Source of the DNA: the human T2T-CHM13v2.0 reference genome, Homo sapiens
Assembly: GCF_009914755.1 (NCBI RefSeq)
Contig: NC_060935.1
DNA: 64,000 nucleotides
Strand: one strand, 5' to 3'
In this document: piece after piece, positions 58,606-64,000 of the stretch
Layout: every line of letters begins with the position of its first letter
How positions within the stretch are numbered: the stretch's first letter is position 1
Made by a program: the position numbers and the translations under genes
The notes under the pieces: generated by a model
Database searches by the model: none
Seen by the model: the letters and a program-made list of their open reading frames with translations, nothing else
Told to the model about the DNA's origin: nothing

Positions 58606-60560
58606 TGTGGTAGATTAAATGGCCATAAATTCCTCCCATCTCAGTACAGCCTCTTCTTTGTAACATGATTGTGCTGAGTCTCCCAGCCAGGGGTGGAGTT
58701 CTTTCTCTATCCCCTTAAACCTAAGCTAGCCAGTGGCAATAGAATCTGGCAGAAGTGATGTTGTGTGAATTTCAGAGCCCAGGCCTCAAGAGGCCATTCA
58801 GTTTCTGCCTTTGCCCTCTGGGCATGCTACCCTGAGCCTACTCATGTAAGCAAGCCCAGGTTAGCCTGGAGGATGACAGACCACATGGAGGAGAACCCAG
58901 GCACCCCAGCCAATAGCCAGCACCAACTGCCAGTCCTCCAGCTGCATGCAGCCATATTTAAGTGAGCCCAGCAGAAACAGCAGAGGAACCACCCAGACAA
59001 CATGAGAAGTGCTAGATTATTGTTTTAAACCAAGTTTTGGGGTAGGTTTTATACTGCCATTGATAACAGTTAATAAAAATTGGTACCTGGAAGTAGGCTG
59101 CTTCCATAAAGCAAAGCTGAACGATGTACATTGGCCCTGGAACCCAGACATTGGGTGGAGGCTAAGGGAACTGGGGAAACCATCCATGGAGGCTGGAGTA
59201 GGTGGACTGTAAGCATATTGCCATTGGAGGTTGAAGAAAGGGGACTCATGTTATGTCATGGCAGAACCGTTGGCAAGGCTGTCACCAAAGAAACTTGGGA
59301 AATAGAAAATGTGCCAAATGGACTTATGGATCTGGCTAAGGAGATTTCCAAGCAGAGCCTGGAAAGAGCTAATTGGCTCCTTTTAGGGTTGTATGATAAG
59401 GCACAGGAAGAGAGATGAACCAAAACTATTTAGTTGGTAAGAAAAATTTAGAGGTAACAGAAGAACAGAATATGCGGAGTTGAAAAATAAAACTGTTCTT
59501 TATCCCTTAACCTTTCTTGGAAAAATATTCTGAGTGAAAACAACCTTAGGGTTAAGACAGAATCAAGGCTGTAAAAACCCTTTGTTAAGACCTCAAAATG
59601 ATTTCAAGTGATGCCCAGCAGTGCCTCACAGCTGTACAAAAGGGCTTCTAAGAACCTTAAGAGTATTGAGCTACAGCAGCTGGACATGCCCAAAGTGGAA
59701 AAAAAAACCTGTCTCAAAGAGAATTATGTGGCTTTGGGAGCACTGAATGCCCCCAGTAAGATTCATAGAAAACCCACAATGTTTGAGGGAATTGTATTAA
59801 CAAGAGTATCACTAGTTCGGACTAAAAGGGACTAAGACAGTTTCAAATGAAAAGAGTACTCTGGGCCTCTGAATTTACAAGCAGAAAGCTGACCATGAAA
59901 GCTATTTAGTTGCAAAAAAATTCATATGGAATAGGAGAATCTCAGAGAGCAGAGGCAGGAGCTCAAAGAATGGAGGCAAGAGCTAAAAAGAACAATGAAC
60001 TGGAGACCACCACCAGGAAGCCAAGCTAGGCCCTAATCAAGGAGCGTCTCCTATCCCCAGAGGAGGTGGACTTGACAAGATGTGCCTGGATAGATTTCAA
60101 AATTGCTAGGGACCAGAGATTTTTACATACCTAATGGTCCTTCCTTGTTATGGATTGTGTCCATAATGTCTTGCCATTGTATGTTGGGTGTCTGCAGGTT
60201 CAAACAACTTGCCTTTTTATTTCACAAATGTTGGATGGAGAGGAGCCCCACTGACATCCAAACCTGATCTAGACCATGAGACTTGGATAATGATCCTGAT
60301 GCTATAAGTAGGGTAAGATTTATGGGGGCTTGGAGACAGGATACACATAATTTCCTGTGGAAAGAACATGAATAATTTGTGGCCAGAAGGCAGATGTGGT
60401 AGGACTTGTAATGGCTGCAATCCAATCCCACATGTTTACCCCTTTGCAATGTAGAATCTATTCCATCCCCTCAAATCTAAGGTGGTCTTTGGATTGCTTT
60501 CACTAATAGAATGTGGCAGAAGTGAGATTGTGTGAGTTTTACAGGCTAAATGCCAGGAGA
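58606..60560 (+). mobile_element. MLT1 (F/G-like) MaLR provirus: 5' LTR 58606-59076, internal region 59077-60394, 3' LTR start 60395-~60560
   Basis: Both LTRs start TGTGGTAG and share AATAGAAT(C/G)TGGCAGAAGTGA..TTGTGTGA; internal region starts AAATTGGTACC and ends AATAATTTGTGGCCAGAAGGCAGA. Confidence 0.75.
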
Positions 60561-60789
60561 CATTTGACTACTGAGTTTGCTCTTTTGAAACAGACATGAG
60601 ATCTGGAGCTCCAGCAGCCATCTTGTGACCAAGAGACTTCAAGCATAAGATGAAAAACAAGGATCTCCAAGAAGACAGACTGGAATTCTGGACTTCTGAT
60701 GGCATTGTTGAGGCCTGAACTATAACCCCAATCACCTACTGCAAGATGAGGAAATAACACCTTATTGATTTAGGGCCTAAATTTCAGGC

Positions 60790-60966
60790 CAGTGGTTCTG
60801 AAAGTCTGGGACTAATTTGAACATCACCAGCATCACGTAGAGACTCATCAGAAAAGCAAATTCATGAGCCCCCGTCAGATGTGCATCATCACAAACTCTG
60901 AGCTATCTGAGGTTTAACAAATCCTCCAGGTGATTCTAATGCACATTGAAGTTTAGGAACCCATTG
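60790..60966 (+). mobile_element. MER5A/B inside an MLT1 LTR
   Basis: CAGTGGTTCTGAAAGT...TTTAACAAATCCTCCAGGTGATTCTAATGCACATTGAAGTTT. Confidence 0.8.
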
Positions 60967-61539
60967 GCACAAGTGACTGGTTAACCTAGTACTTGTTTAC
61001 TTACATCTGAGTGCAAGCTTCATTGATACCACATCTCTGAGCTTTTGCTCAAAGCCTTTTCTCTGCCTCTAATGCCCAATTTTCCTCCTCTCTGCCAGTC
61101 TTTCTTACTAAATGAATTAATTTCAATCATAGAAACCAAGAATGGCAAAAATTCAGCTGCTGCAGTTTGGCAAGGTGTATGGTTATTTTCTGAATTTGGT
61201 CTCAGCAGTCTCAGAGGGCTGGATACAAGCAAAAAGCTACAAAATTGCCCTATTTAAAAATTTTTTTTTGGTTCCAGATGGAAAACCCAGAATTAGTGTT
61301 TGTCTCTCTCCCTTTTACATTAGACCAGAAGGAGTGTTCAGTGTGTGCCAGGATTCTTCTTTTCAGCAGCCACAGGTCCCCAAGGCTCCCCTCTCATTAG
61401 GGTCACAAGCCAGGCCTGCAGCTTATCCACTGTGGGCTGCTAGCATGTCGAAGCAGACAGTTGTTTTCATTAGATTTTGCCGCATAGCAAGTCTTGCCAA
61501 ATCTTGGTAGTGTAAGTGACAATAATGTATTATTTTCCT

Positions 61540-61745
61540 GATTCTGTAGTTGATCAGGCAGTTCTTCTGCTGGTCGGGCAGTTCTTCTGCTGGTCTTACC
61601 TGCATTCTGCTGGAAGATCAGCTGTGGACTGAGTAGCTGTGATGCTGGGCCCGTCTATCTCCACGTGGTCTTTCAGCCCAGATTTCTTTATGGCATGGTT
61701 GTGTCAGGGCAGAGTATTTAAGGAAGGAAGAGAGTAGAAGATGAT
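61540..61745 (-). mobile_element. MLT LTR fragment with a 19-bp tandem duplication (61557-61575 / 61577-61595)
   Basis: GGCAGTTCTTCTGCTGGTC x2; CTCCACGTGGTCT. Confidence 0.55.
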
Positions 61746-64000
61746 CTGTGGAGTCGTGGAGTTTGATTCCTTTACCAGGAATTCAAAGCTTTGTTGGAAA
61801 GACCAATCCCCCTCCACCTACTGCTCGCTCCAACTCCCCCTACCAAATTGTCAGGTGCATATCATGGACTGTTGCTGGCTGTAAATATACTGGGAAGCTG
61901 AGTGAGTAGCTTTCTCACCTCCCTAGTAGAGGCATGCAGGGAAAAGGGGATGGGAAATGAAGGTACAGTGTGTGTCACTGATGTGAAGGTCCCTGGCTTG
62001 CCAAACAACGGGCTGTAGCAAAAAATTCTGGAGTCTAGTCTTGCTGGAATCGAGTGAGGAACATCATAGGCACCCAATCAATGTTTATGAATGAAAGCCA
62101 AGAGTGGGTGCAGAAGGAACAATGGGATGAGACTTCTTCCCATTGGGATGATCTTGGATACGTCACTTTATTCTCTAAATCCGTTTCCTTTTCTGTGAAA
62201 AAAGCAAATTACTGCATGGGGTTGTGTGGACATTAAATGAGATATTATATGTAAAAGGGTCCTCAGTGGGGCCTTTTCCCCTGAAAGGTGAGGTGGAACC
62301 TGGGGTTTGCAGCTTAATGTAGCCTCCAATGGCCAAAGGCTTGCTGTAGGCTGGGCTCCATGCTAAACCCTTTGTGTCCTTTTTTCATTTCCTTTCCATG
62401 ATAGCATTCCCATTCAGATGAGAAAACTGGGGATCATAGAGGCTTTGAGAGGTTCCAGCTGGTAAGCAGAGAGCAAAGGCTCAAACCAGGTCTGTTGGGC
62501 TCCAAGCATGCACCCCTAATCACTACTCTAAATTGCTTTTACAGAAAAATAAGTCAATGCAGAGCTTCCAACACCATCAGCTCACTGTGGTTCTGCCTTC
62601 ATGGGCCAGTAACTCAGCCAAAGCCTGGAGATTCTGGAAACTGCCTCCATTGCCTTTGCTGTCCCTGCCCCTCTGCTGGAAGTCGCCCACAGATGCCAGC
62701 TGGGGCCAGCCTCCCCCAAGACTGCCTCCCCCATCAGGAGTGGAGTCCTGCCAGGTTAGCAGAGCGGCTTCCAATTAGACATCATCTCCTGCCCAGGCAG
62801 GAGGCAGAAAGCAGGCGGAGCTCAGTGGGGTGCAGGCAGTTAGAGGGTAATTAGATGTGGATGCGGAACAGCTCCCTTAATGAGGAGGCTGCTGTGGGTG
62901 AGGGACACGCAAGAGAAGCATCACTTCAGGCACCTGCCGCCACCAGCATCTGGCCCTGGGCAGGCTGGGGAAGGAAAAAAGAATTCACGTTATTTGTGGC
63001 CCAGGCTCTGTGCTGGCTACAGGGCTCCTTTACCCTCATAACACCCTCCCAAGGGCAGGAATAGCATCCTATCCTGCAGAGGAGAACACTGAGACTCAGG
63101 GAAGGAAAACACTGCTCAACCCCTCCAGGGCACACAGCTAGAATGTGGCAGACAAAGAGGTTAAGAGGTCTCAATCCCAGGTCTGAGCCCTTTCTCCTCT
63201 AGCACACCACTGCCCCCATGTTCTTCATCTGCTCTCATCCTCTGACACTAGAGCATCTGATGGGCACTCATAGTTGACACCAAGGATGATATTCAAATTA
63301 TTCCTCACCTGGTATGGCAGGGCTATGACCAGCTAGAACACACCCAGGCCTTCTGGAGGCCTGAAGCAGGGTCCTGAAGGGCCCTGGTTGTGGCAAGCAT
63401 TAATCCCTTGGTTGCTGGATTGTGAGAAGGATCTCAGGAGAGGGCTGGGGTGGTTGGAACAGCTGTGGTGGTAAAAATACTCAGGGGCTTGGGGGAGCAG
63501 CTTTTAACCAACTGGTATAAAAGAATCTCAGTTTTTAATAACCAGCATTGCTCTAATAACCAACACATGTCGAAAGAACCTTCATCTCCTATTGGGTCTA
63601 CCCTTAAAGGTAACGTTTGCTTCTATGCCAGAGGGCTGGAACCAAGGAGGCTGCTAGTGGCATCCTGCTGAACACACCCCGCCCTTCACCCAGAGCTGGC
63701 ACCCAATGCCCAAGATGAGTGACTCATGCTGTCTCCCCAGAGCAAGCAAGAGAGGGAACAGAGACTTCCCAGGCAGGAGCAGCCAGCCTCAGGGAAGCCC
63801 CCATCTGGCTGAGGCAATCTAGTCCATCTGGAAAAGGGGAGAATGTGCCAAACACTACAGCAGCTGTGCCCAAAGCAAGTTCTGCAGATCCAAAAAGTTG
63901 TCCTCAGCAAAGAGGGTTCCTTGAGTAAATCTGTTTGGGAAATACCGCATGCCCCACACTCCCTCAGGACAGTCACAGCACAGATTGGCATATTCAAGGT

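Noticed and set aside
63280-63690. Possible old DNA-transposon fragments
   Set aside because: Resemblance too weak to assign a family or boundaries without a search

Overview
Primate (probably human/ape) non-coding DNA, intronic or intergenic. I found no supportable host protein-coding exon, tRNA, rRNA or CpG island; every long ORF in the track is L1-derived, Alu-derived or chance. The window is dominated by interspersed repeats: nine Alus plus one fragment (all left of 27.1 kb), a full-length L1PA5/6-like element, a 5'-truncated L1PA3/4-like element, older L1M/HAL1, many MIR/L2, MaLR LTRs (MLT1, MST, THE1D, and one LTR-int-LTR provirus) and DNA transposons (MER5, MER20, MER30, MADE1). Subfamily names come from recalled consensus sequences, not from a search. 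I see no new gene system. The most interesting signals are structural. (1) An AluS whose target-site duplication encloses ~97 bp of extra MIR-like DNA ending AATAAA-TTTTT-A5, a candidate Alu 3' transduction. (2) A four-part templated insertion at 49.5-49.8 kb that created a 173-bp inverted repeat. (3) A local duplication of a THE1D junction with very uneven divergence. (4) A three-layer MST > twin-primed L1 > full-length L1 nest ending in a fold-back hairpin. (5) An expanded MADE1 hairpin with homogenised arms.
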